Assembly (NCBI GenBank): GCA_000004695.1
Contig: CM000155.2
Location: 1,024,001 to 1,088,000 of the forward strand
Source of the DNA: Dictyostelium discoideum
Taxonomy: Eukaryota
Direction of reading: 5' to 3'
DNA: 64,000 bases
Shown one piece after another: positions 42,047-64,000 of this stretch. The notes under the pieces are model-generated. The model saw only the letters and a list, made by a program, of their open reading frames with translations. It ran no database searches and was not told where the DNA came from. Each line of letters starts with the position of its first letter. Position 1 is the first letter of the stretch. The position numbers and the translations under genes are program-made.

Positions 42047-44575
42047 TTAATTATCTCTTTCGTAAGCAATTTGAGTTGGAGAATCATTATTTAAATTTGC
42101 GGTTATTGTTGTTGAACTACCAATATTTGTAGTAGTAGTAGTATTATTATTACTATTTAAATTATTAGTATTTGGAAGTGGATATAATTGAATGATTTGA
42201 TTTGCAATTATATGAGAGATTGCATAAATTGTAATCATTGGGTTAACACCAACTGAACTTGGTAATACAGAACCATCGGCAATGAATAATCTTTTAACAT
42301 CCCAAGATTCACCATTTTCATTGACGACAGAATTTGATTTACTTGAACCCATTCTACAAGAACCCATTTGATGAGCACTAAGTATAACGGTTTGATTAGA
42401 TTTATAACCATTTGATTTAATTGCTTTAATATACTGTTCAATTGTATCTTGATTTCCAGGTTTAAAGCCACTAATTGGTATAGATGCTTCAATTGCACCA
42501 ATCTTTATCAATGCTCTTAACGATGCTTCAATTGATGGTAACATTGATTTCCAATCACGATCCGATAGTGTGTATTGAATTTTAGGGGATCTACCATCTT
42601 TATCCAATCTAATTTTACCAGGTACTGTATCTCTACAAATTGAAATGAATCCACTGTAATAACGTGCTTTCAACATTCGTTTCTTAAAATTGAATGAATC
42701 ATCCCACATGAATGCACAATTTGAACCAGATAGTGCGATATGGGAGTTGGGAGTCTCCAAGATTGAACCTGTATTCTTCCCACTGTTTGGTAATATTTTT
42801 TGATACTTTTTACTAATTACAGTCATTGGTGGGCCTTTCCAAACCTCAACTGGTTGTGTATGTTCACCAATGATTGGTACAACTGGATGAAGATATAAAT
42901 TGTTACCAATATTACTATTCTTAATTCTACTTTTTAACAATAAAGTTGGTGTATGTAATGCACCAGCTGAACAAACTACAATATGTGATTTAATAAAAAC
43001 TCTATATTTTAAACCATCTGGTGTACTAACATATGCAATTACACCATGCACTGTTTGACCACCACCACCATTAGTTGTTGTTGAGTTTGTTGGTATTGTT
43101 GTTGTTGTAATTTCTTCAGCTTGACAATTTGTAATTATTTGACCACCTTTACTACAACAATCTTCTAAATAAGTTACCATTGAACTTTGTTTTGATTTTG
43201 ATCTACAACCCATTGAGCAATTACCACATTGAGTGGTATCACAATTTTTAGTATTTCTTGGAATTGGTTGAGGATCAGCATCTAGTTCACGTAATGCTTG
43301 TTCAAGTAATTTATTGTTTCTATTATGTGCACCAGTACCATCTAGTGCGGTATCGATTGTATTTACATTTAATCTTGATGAAACTGAATCCATAGCATTA
43401 TTGAATTTAATTGAATCGAAAGCATTGGGACATTGTTTTCTCCATTCCTCCAAGATTATATCGGGTGTTCTGATTGAGGCTGTCCAATTAACGGTTGTAC
43501 CACCACCTAAACAATTTCCTGCTAAAATGTTTACTGATAGATCATCCGATGTTAAAGTACCTGCTTGTTCATAAAGCAATGGGAATGCTTCACTCTCTTT
43601 CCATGTCATATTATTGGAGGAGATGTAACTACCCTTTTCCAACACTATAACTTTATAACCTGCCTCGGCTAATAATGCCGCGGTTACACCACCACCAGCA
43701 CCTGAACCAATTACAACTACATCTGCTTTCAATGAAGTTTCCGATGTTATTTTTATAAATGATAATTTCTCTTCACCTGGTATTTGTTCAGGTGGTGGAG
43801 GTGTATCATATCCAACGGCATCCCAATTGGGATTACTTGTTTCACCCCTATCCCCAATCACTGAATAATATATCGATATTGCCAATGGTACAATGGCTTT
43901 AAATGCTTGTCTTCTAATTGGATTCGATGAACTTTTCATCATTGTTAAAACTTGTTGTCTACTTTTTAATGGTAAATTCACAAAACTACTAAATTGACCT
44001 GTCAATATTATACCTGCTCCTGTTGTTGAAAATAATCCTAATAATGTTTTTAAATCACTAATTTGACTTGAACTTTTAGTTGCTACAATTAATTTTAAAA
44101 AATGTCCTGCAACATCTAAATCTGATGATTTTCTAAAAAAAATAATAAAATAAATAAATAAATAAATAAATAAATAAATTATTATTAAAGTTTAAAAAAA
44201 TTATAAATTTTACCTTTTAAAATATTCTTTTAAAATATTTAATTGATGTTCTTTATGATTTTCATCAGAATTTTTTGAGTTTTTTGGTAATAGGTTTTCA
44301 ATTTCATTTAAAGCAATTTCAGAATCATCAGAGAATAATGTATCACATATAACAGTTAGGGTTTTATACTCTGTCAATGTGAATATCCCATTGGATTCTG
44401 TGTGAACATCATTTTTATTTGAATTTGAGGTTGTTGTTGTGGTTGTATTTGATGTTGGTGTTGATGTTGACATTCTATTTGAAATTAAATAGGTACTTGT
44501 AATAATAATTACAAATACTGTTAAAAATAAAATTCCAATTGAAAATATAATTTTTGTATTTATATGTACACACAC
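42047..44575 (-). CDS. Long-chain fatty alcohol oxidase-like GMC flavoprotein, about 815 aa. Exons approx 44575..44214 and 44132..42047.
   Basis: ADVVVIGSGAGGGVTAALLAEAGYKVIVLEKGSY (FAD Rossmann). HQMGSCRMG near the C-terminus (GMC/FAO signature). N-terminal exon has TM anchor and the FAO-type LTVICDTLF..LKEYFKR region. Intron GTAAAAT..TTTTAG. Confidence 0.8.
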
Positions 44576-45486
44576 AATAAAACAATTGCAAATTTTTTCT
44601 AAATTTTTTTTTTTTTTTTTTTTTTTATTAATAATATTATGATATTTTTATTTTTATTTTTATTTTTTTTATTAATAATATTATTATTTTTATTTTAATT
44701 TAATTTTAATTTATTTTATCTTATTCGGTATAAAATGATAATATTACAATGAAAAACTCTAATTAGTATTAATTATTTTTATTATTTGAAGGAGGGGTGT
44801 ACTAATGTTTTTTTTTTAGATTGCACCAAAATTTAAAAAAAAATAAAATAAAAATAAAAAAAAAAACAAATTAAAAAAAAAAAAAAAAAAAAAAACCAAT
44901 TAAAAAAAAAAAAATAAAATCTAAGCAATTATTTTCACAACACGAATAACAGTTTATATAAATATATAAATATTGCAAATTATATTAACAACCCAAATGA
45001 AATTAAATTCTATAAATAAAAAATAATAATAGTTATTAGTTTATTGACAATGGTTTTTTTTTTTTTTTTTTTTTTTTTTCCAGAGATATAAAAAAAGTAC
45101 ACGATTTCAAATTAAAAAATTTAAAAAAAATTAAAATTTAAAAAAAAAAAATAAAAAAAATTAATTTTAAAAAAAAAAAAAAAAAAGATATCTAAATTTA
45201 TTTTAATTTCATTTAAATTTATTTTAAGCTCAGTTTCATTTGAAAATTCATTCCCTTTATTAAAATCCCCTTTTAAATTATTAGTATTAGTATTTGTTAA
45301 ATGTAAATAAAACAGGAAAAAATAAAAAAAAAATAATATAAAATCAAAAAAAAAATAAAAAATAAAAAAAAATAACCAAAAATAAATAGCAAAATAAACA
45401 ATCAATTAAAAATAAACAATAAACAATTTTTATTTCCGATCGACTCACCAAATTTGTAATTTATTTTAAACACCCACAAAATAAAG

Positions 45487-45532
<46 letters not shown>

Positions 45533-45820
45533 GGCGTTTTTTTTTTTTTTAAAATTTTTTAAATTTTTTTTTTTTAAGTGATAACTGAATTGTCTTTAAA
45601 AATTTTTTTACAAATAAACAACATATAAATAATAATAATAATAATAATTATAATTATAATAATAATAATAGTAATAATTATAATTATAATAATATACTAA
45701 ATTAAAATTTTTATTAATGATAATAGATTAGGAAAAACAATAAAATAAATAATAATAAGAAAATAAAATAAAATAAAATATATAGAGTTTTAAATATATA
45801 TATATTTCAATATATATATA

Positions 45821-46153
45821 ATGAACTCATCAAAGTCGATATCAAGTTCATCGACAATTCATTATCATCCAAAGAATAAAATTAAATTTATTCCATTTGG
45901 ATCAACGACAGCTAATTCAAGTTTTGATGATGAAGAAACAATAAATAACAATAATACCAATAACATAATAGTAAATAGTAAATCACCGATGTCTAATAAA
46001 ACAACAACAACAACAATAATAGATTCAAGAGATCAAAGCACTCATGTAAAAAGTAATAAATTAAATTTTAGCGATGAAATTAGTACAACCAATAAAAGTA
46101 ATAATAGTAATGGTAATAATATAAATGTAGAATATGAAGAAGAAATAAAAAAC

Positions 46154-46212
<59 letters not shown>

Positions 46213-47265
46213 TGATGATTATGACAATAGGTATGATGAAGAGGATCATCTTGTAGATTTTGAAGAAGATGATAAATTCTCATCTTCATCATCTTCATCA
46301 TCTTCATCAAATTCATTGTCAACTTTAGATCAACAACAATATAGCCAGCAGCATCATCATCATCATCACCACCATCATCATAAAAATTCAAATACATTGG
46401 TTGATAGTAGTGGTGGTAGTAGTAGTAGTGGTAGTAAATTATCATATACATTAACATTTATATTTGGTTTAATTGTTATATTTGCATGTATTTTTTATTT
46501 TTCAAAGAATTTAGTATCATTTTTAGAGTTTGTAAAAGAGTTGGGTTTATTGGGTAATGTGATATTGGGTATCGCATTCTTACCAACTGGTATACCATTG
46601 GCAATATTTAGTATATATATACCGTTGACATTATCAGCTGGTTTCATTTATGGATTCGTACCAGGTTTCATCACGGTTGCTATTGGAAGTGCAATCTCTG
46701 CAAGTTTTGGATTTTGGACAACTAGAAAATTATCTTTGAAATTCTTTGAATCAAAAATTGAACAATCACCAAAATTATCTTCACTAAGAAATAGAGTTGA
46801 ACAACATCCTTTCAAAATTATAATCATTATGAGATTATTACCAATTCCATTTGGTATTCAAAATGGTTTATGTGCTGTATGTGTATATTATTATTATTAA
46901 TATTAATATAGTAATACATAAAAAAATATTTACTAATAATTATTATTATTTATTAAAAGGTAACAAGAATTTCATATACAAAATTTATTTATTCATCAGT
47001 GATTGGGTTAACATTTGAAAATCTATTATTATCTTATCTAGGTAGTTCTATAAAATCAATAACAGATATTACAAATGGTCATCAAAATGCGTTTTCATCA
47101 TATCAACAAGGTTTAATTGCAATTGCGATTGTTGCTGCTATAATTTTAACTTGTATTGGTAAAAAGGTTTTATCTTTATCTGCTTATCATCAACCACTAC
47201 CTGTAACAATGAATGATATAAATAATAATAATAATAATGGTATTAATAATGAAAATAATAGTATT

Positions 47266-47322
<57 letters not shown>

Positions 47323-47514
47323 AAAGATAACCAAGCAAAAGATATTGTATTGGTAATAAAATCAACATCTTCATCAAATTTAATACCACCCACTCCAACA
47401 CCTTTAACTTCTGATGTTATATCAATATCAAAAGAAAATAATAATTTAAATTCAACTATTAGTTTAACAACATCAATATCAAATACTACCAAAAAATTAG
47501 AAAAAATTAAATAA
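45821..47514 (+). CDS. TVP38/TMEM64 (DedA/SNARE-associated Golgi) family membrane protein with N-terminal Asn/His/Ser-rich region. Exons 45821..46876 and 46960..47514, about 536 aa.
   Basis: Multi-TM core with MRLLPIPFGIQNGLCA at the exon junction (donor GTATGT, acceptor AAAAG). Downstream exon VTRISYTKFIYSSVIGLTFENLLLSYLG. Confidence 0.7.
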
Positions 47515-47768
47515 TAAATATTATTTTTTGTTTTTCCAGAAATTTTATTTTTATTTTTTTTTTTTAATAAAAATAAAAATAAAAAAATTAATATCAATCT
47601 TTTATTTTTTTTTTTTTTTTTTTAAACAATTTTATAATGTTAATAATATGAAAATTAATTTTCATACTATATTTTTTTTTTTTTTTTTTTTTAATCATTT
47701 TTTTAAACTTTTCTGGCAATGATGTCAGTTGAAAAAAAAAAAACTTAAAAAAAAAAGTAATTAATAAA

Positions 47769-47810
<42 letters not shown>

Positions 47811-47920
47811 GTATTTTTTTTTTTTTTTTTTTTTTTATTTTAAATTATTTTGAAATTTTGGAAAAAAAAAAAAAGAAAAAATTAATTGATTGTTTTAATC
47901 ATTCAATATCATAACAGATA

Positions 47921-57998
<10,078 letters not shown>

Positions 57999-58257
57999 AA
58001 AAAAAAAACAATTAAAAAAAAAAACAATTTAAAAAAAAAAAAAATATTTGTATAAAAGAAATCAATAAAAACCTGATGTATATCGTTTTAAAATTTTTTG
58101 TTCTATTTTATTTTTATTTTTTTATTTTCATTTTTTTATTTATTTTTTTTTTTTTTTTTCGCACAAGTGTTTAATTATTTTTTTATTTTTTTTTTATTTT
58201 TATTTTTTTCGATTTTCAGATTTCCTAAAATAACAAATAATAATAATAATAATAATA

Positions 58258-58792
58258 ATGACAAATATTAGTGAATTTAAATCATTACCAAATGCAAATG
58301 AACCAAAAATGGATCATTTAACAACAAAAGATTATAAAGATGTTTATGAACCATCAGAAGATTCATATTTATTTATAGATTCATTACAAAAGGATTATGA
58401 AAATATAAAAGAAATGAAACCATTTATAATGTTAGAGATTGGATCTGGTAGTGGATTTGTAATAACATTTCTAGCTAAATTGTTAGGTAATGATGGTAGT
58501 AAATATTATATGTCAACTGATATCAATCCAAAGGCTGCTATTGCATCAAGTAAAACTTCAATTGAAAATAATGTTCATTTAGATGTTTTAAATACTTCTT
58601 TCGTTTCATCAATTGAAAGACTTAAAGGCTCAATAGACATTTTATTATTTAATCCACCTTATGTTCCAACACCTTCTGAAGAAGTTAATGAAGGTGGTAT
58701 CGTTGCTTCTTGGGCTGGTGGTATAAATGGTAGGGAAGTTATTGATAAATTATTACCTCAAATACCTGTAAGTTAAAAATTATTTAAATTAA

Positions 58793-58864
<72 letters not shown>

Positions 58865-59195
58865 AATAATTAAAAATAAGAAGAAATTTCAAAATAAAAA
58901 TATTAATAATAATTTTTTTAAACAATTTCAGAGCATTTTATCAAAAAAAGGATTTTTTTATATTGTATTAGTTCAAGAAAATAAACCAAAACAAGTAATT
59001 TCTATATTAGGAGAATATGGATTTAGTTATAAAGTAGTTGGAAAAAGAAAAGCAAGAAATGAATTATTATACATTATAAAATTTTATAGAGAAAATAATA
59101 ATAATAATAGTAATTATAGTAATAATAATAGTAATGATAATAATAATAATAGTAATAATAATAGTAATGATAATAATAATAATAGTGTTAACTAA
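58258..59195 (+). CDS. HemK2/N6AMT1/Mtq2-type glutamine (eRF1) methyltransferase, about 257 aa with Asn-rich tail. Exons 58258..58767 and 58932..59195.
   Basis: SAM-binding LEIGSGSGFV. Catalytic NPPY(V) motif LLFNPPYVPTPSEEV. WAGGINGREVIDKLLP matches the N6AMT1 region. Intron GTAAGT..TTTCAG contains (AAAT)n. Confidence 0.8.
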
Positions 59196-59523
59196 TTATT
59201 ATAATAATAATAATAATAATAATTGTAGTGGTATTGAAATAAAAAAAAAAAAAAAGAAATGAAAAGATATAAGAAATAATATGGAAATAGAATAAAAAAA
59301 AAAGGAAGGGAAAATCTCCAATCATAATATCTAGAATTATGATAATTATTTTAATTTAATCTTTAGGATATATATGGTATAAGTGTGTGAAAGTAAAAAA
59401 TAAAGTAAATTTCAATCTTTGTTTGAATTGCACTAAATCGTAAGAAATAACAATATCACAATTTATCATTAATTTATAATATCAAAAATAAATACATTCA
59501 AAAGCAAAAAAATCAAATACCGG

Positions 59524-59556
<33 letters not shown>

Positions 59557-60327
59557 ATAATTTAATATTAATATTGAACATAAAAAGAACACATACCCCC
59601 CCCAATAAATAAATTTTCTTTTTTTTTTTTTAATGTTGGTGTTGTGTAATGATATTGGGGGCTACCACCTTCCTTCATTTTTCATTTTTCAACCTTACAT
59701 TCACATTCAGCAGTGTGTTTGTGTGTGAATTTATTTATATTTTTGTTTTTTGTAACAACAATTTTTCAAATAACAATACAATGATGAAAAAAAAAAAAAA
59801 AAAAAAAAAAAACAAATAAATCCTCGCGATTGTTAGTTATTTTTGATGGCACTTTTTCATTTTTTATTTTTCCTTACTGCTATTGTTATTTCCAAATAAA
59901 AAGATTTACTAGCCCAATAATTTATTATTTTTTTTTTTTTTTAATTTACCCAAAAAGATATAATTTTTTTATTTTTTTTTTACACATTAATATATACATT
60001 TTTTTTCATTAAATCCAATTGTTTTTATATTGTAATAATAATAAAAAGAAAAAAAAAAAATAAATAAAAAAAAAAGTAGAATATTAAAAAAAAACACCCA
60101 ATTAATATTTTTTAATATTAACTAAAATTAAAACCAAACACATACATCAATTAATTTCAAACACTAATTGTATCACATACATACACGTTCTTGTACTTGT
60201 GGAAAATTATTTCATTCTATGATAATAATAAAAATACAGTAGGTGCCTTACTTTCATAAATAATCTAAAAAAAATTAACGACAAAAATAAATCTTTGATT
60301 AAATTATTCATTTCAACTGTCTTTTTT

Positions 60328-60452
<125 letters not shown>

Positions 60453-60464
60453 TCAACCAAACCA

Positions 60465-60498
<34 letters not shown>

Positions 60499-60882
60499 TA
60501 ATAATAAAAAAAAAAAAAAAAAAGCACACACAAGACCACCCTATATCACTAAATCTAACTCCTTTTTTTATTTGCCATTATTGGTAGGGTATTTAATTAT
60601 ATGTGTACACGACTATAATTGTAAGTAATAGTATACTTTGGGGGGGGGGGGTAAGGAATTTTTATTATGGAAAAAAAAATAAAAAAAAAAAAAATTAAAA
60701 AAAAAAATATATATTAATAATATTAAAAATATTAATAGCTATTATTTTTTTTCAAAACCTAAAATAGAAATTTAGTTATACACAAATAAAACAATAATTA
60801 TAATATTAACAATAAAGCTCTAACATAGTATTATCGAACTCTTTTTTATTATTATTTTATTATTACTATTATTATTTTTATA

Positions 60883-60975
<93 letters not shown>

Positions 60976-61266
60976 TTTATTTTTTTTATAATTATTATTT
61001 ATTGCAAATATTATAAGGATTATCTGTTATGAGGGAGAATATTTTTTTTTTTTTTTTTTTAATTTTTTTTTTTTAATTTTTTTAATTTTGGTTTTTTTTG
61101 GGGAATTTGGGGGGGTTTTGATTTAAAATTAAATTTTTGGATATACTCAATATTGATACTACTATTTTTGTTAAAAATAAAAAAGGTGGGGTTTTTTAAA
61201 TTGATTTTGGAAACAATTACCCCCTTGAAACATTTGAAAAAAAATCGTTTATATTGTCTTTTAAGG

Positions 61267-61320
<54 letters not shown>

Positions 61321-61548
61321 TTATTTTAATGTTCTTTTATTTATTTTTTTTCAATTATCATATGAATGTTAGAGTCAGTGGCACAAAGGTGTGAATTAAA
61401 TTTGAAGGTGTGTGAATTTGGATGTGTGTTTGGTGTGCTTGTACATTCGTGTGAGTTTTTTTTTTTTATCTATATTTTATTTTGATAATCAAAAATAAAA
61501 ATAATAAAATAATAAAATAAAATAAATATAATAAAATAAATAAAAATA

Positions 61549-61588
<40 letters not shown>

Positions 61589-61801
61589 ATAATTGTTATT
61601 TAACAAATTAAAAAATATCCACACATTTTATACAAAAAAAAAAAATAACACACTTATGTCACTAACAACTACAAAAAAAACAACAATAAACAATAACAAC
61701 AACAATAAATCCAAGTAATTTTAGTATCGACCAACAACATCATAACATCAAAACAAATATTAATAACAACATTAATAAAAACAATAATACTTCTTTTTTT
61801 T

Positions 61802-61833
<32 letters not shown>

Positions 61834-62308
61834 TTCAATTATTTAATTATTTATTTATTATTTTTTTTTTCAAAATTTGTCTTTTTTTTTTTTCTTCAAA
61901 TTTCCAATTTTTTTTTTTTAATTTTTCTAAACACCTTTTGATTATTGTAAAACTTTTTTTTTTTTTTTTTGTTATTTTTTTTTTTTTTTTTCCAAATATA
62001 AAAGGATTGATATGAATTTTGGTTTTATTTTCATTTAAAAAGGTAAAAAAAATTAAATTTTAAAAAAAAATAAAAAATAAAAATAAATTAAAAAAAATAA
62101 AAAAAATAAAAAAAAATAAAAAAAAAATAAAAAAAAAATAAAAAATAAACTTACACATCATGTATGAACCCTCTATAAAACTGGATTTCTTTTGATTTTA
62201 TAAAAAAGAATAAAATATTAGTACAAATTAAAAATAAAAAAAAAAAAAAAAAAACCAACACTAATTAATTTTTTTTTTTTAGAAAACTCCAATTATTTAT
62301 TATTTAAT

Positions 62309-62343
<35 letters not shown>

Positions 62344-63516
62344 TGTATATATTTATTTCCGGTTTTAAAACTATTACAACTCTAACCACTTTATATGTAA
62401 GTACACACATATATATATATTAATTTTTTTTTTTTTTTTTTTTTCAAAATTAAATACTTTTTTTTTTTTTTTTTTTTATTAAAAATAATATTATAACATC
62501 AACAATGGCTCAAAAAATTATTTTTTAAAAATTAATATTAATTAATATTAATTATTAAATGGTAGATTTGATTAGGTGTTAAATAGTTTATATTTTTTTT
62601 TATTATTTTTTTTTTTTTGTGTCACTTTATTTTTTTTTCAAAGTTGTTCAAGATTTAAAAAAAATAAAAAAATTTTTTTTTTTTTATTTTTTTTTTTTTT
62701 TGATGTATTCCCACTGACTACCTAAATGCCAAAATAATAATAATTTTTTAAATCTTTTATTTCACTGTAATAAAATAACCAATTATTTATATACGGTAAA
62801 AAAATTTCCACTGTACCATTGTAACCCCAAACTAAGAATCAAAAAAAAAAAAAAAAAAACCCCACACCCATATTCCAAAACATTAAATCTCAACAATAAA
62901 CAACACATAATTTAAAGTTTTTGTAAAAAAAAAAATTATTTAAATATGGTATTGTACTCACAGGAGCACTTATTCAAATATGCTAGATTTAAAAGCTATT
63001 TATAAACATGGATTTATCTAATCGTTGTTATTATTATTATTTTGGTTTTTTTTTTATAAAAAAAAAAAAAACAATTGATTCCATCTTCTTTGTAAATAAT
63101 TCACACATAGCACAAAAAAGCCAATACACAAAAAAAACAACTATATTATGTATAAATCCTCACCCACTCACTCACTCACTCATATTATAAAATCTTTAAT
63201 TATCTAGAATGATCTTTTTTTCAATTGGCATTCAATAAAACTATAATAGTAAATATTCTTTAAAGATACTAATTTAGGGAGAATGGGTTTTTTAGGCCAA
63301 AATTAAATGAAAAAATCGTGGCTCACTCAATTAATCCAAACTCTCGACATATTAAATCTAACAAATACTAATATCTATATACATTTATTATTTTTTTTTA
63401 TTTTTTTATTTTTTTATTTTTTTCTAAACAAATTATTTTATTCTTTCTAAAATTATTATAAAAAGCTTTTCAAAAAAAAAATAATAATATGTTTCAAGAA
63501 TTAAAAAAAAAACAAT

Positions 63517-63596
<80 letters not shown>

Positions 63597-63658
63597 TAAT
63601 AAAAAAAACAAAAAAAAACATTTTAATTTTTAAATTTTAATTATCCAATAATATTTAT

Positions 63659-63689
<31 letters not shown>

Positions 63690-63782
63690 TAAAATTAAAA
63701 AAGAAAAAAAAAAAAAATAATATTAATTAAATATCTTTTGTAAATATTCTTTTTAAAAGCCGAAAAAATCTTAAATAAAAAA

Positions 63783-64000
63783 ATGATTATATTATTACTT
63801 TCAATTATTATTTTTATTTTATATATTGTAAAAATTGTAAGTATTCAAACAAAAATAAAAAAAATAAAAATAAAAAAATATAATATATTAATAAAATAAT
63901 AATTTTTTTTTTAAAAAAAATTAGTTTAAAAATAAATCATGTTGTGGTAATGAAATTATATTACCACCTGGACCAATTAGTTTACCATTTATTGGTAATT
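63783..64000 (+). CDS. Cytochrome P450, 5' end only. Exon 1 63783..63836 (TM anchor), intron GTAAGT..TTAG, exon 2 from 63925 to window end.
   Basis: MIILLLSIIIFILYIVKI membrane anchor. Then FKNKSCCGNEIILPPGPISLPFIGN, the P450 proline-rich hinge PPGPxxLPxxGN. Confidence 0.6.

Overview
The window is very AT-rich (roughly 75-80% A+T) eukaryotic nuclear DNA. It has short AT-rich introns with GTAAGT/GTATGT donors and ..AG acceptors, long poly-Asn/Gln/Ser coding tracts and long (A)n/(T)n intergenic runs. This is typical of Dictyostelium discoideum, and the 137-aa cofilin ORF matches D. discoideum cofilin as I remember it. It is not a prokaryotic locus, so CRISPR and operon logic do not apply.

It is a gene-dense housekeeping region of about 20 genes, many spliced by hand from the 6-frame track. 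Several ORF-track starts are TTG/GTG rather than ATG. Exon boundaries were read by eye and may be off by 1-3 nt.

Main gene calls:
- A PA14-domain secreted protein (partial, minus strand).
- Two paralogous VIT+vWA genes about 19 kb apart.
- A DEP-DEP-PH protein, a UBR-box+PHD (UBR7/Mlo2-like) protein and a PRL-type prenylated tyrosine phosphatase.
- A 4E-BP homolog.
- Cofilin lying 68 bp from a tRNA-Leu(UAA).
- A Xi/omega-class GST and a large NOMO-like protein whose reading frame is broken three times.
- A mitochondrial carrier, a Ric8/synembryn homolog, protoporphyrinogen oxidase and a long-chain alcohol oxidase.
- A TVP38/DedA membrane protein, a roughly 3240-aa USP34-like deubiquitinase, an N6AMT1/Mtq2-type methyltransferase and the 5' end of a cytochrome P450.

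Other features are intronic and intergenic microsatellites ((TCA)n, (ATT)n, (AAAT)n), a roughly 115-bp tandem duplication, a roughly 110-bp perfect-ish hairpin and a less AT-rich island bounded by 27-bp direct repeats near the tRNA gene.

I found no convincing novel multi-gene system. The most unusual items are the NOMO frame disruptions, the cofilin/tRNA/repeat neighbourhood, and the VIT-vWA paralogs that differ by one intron.
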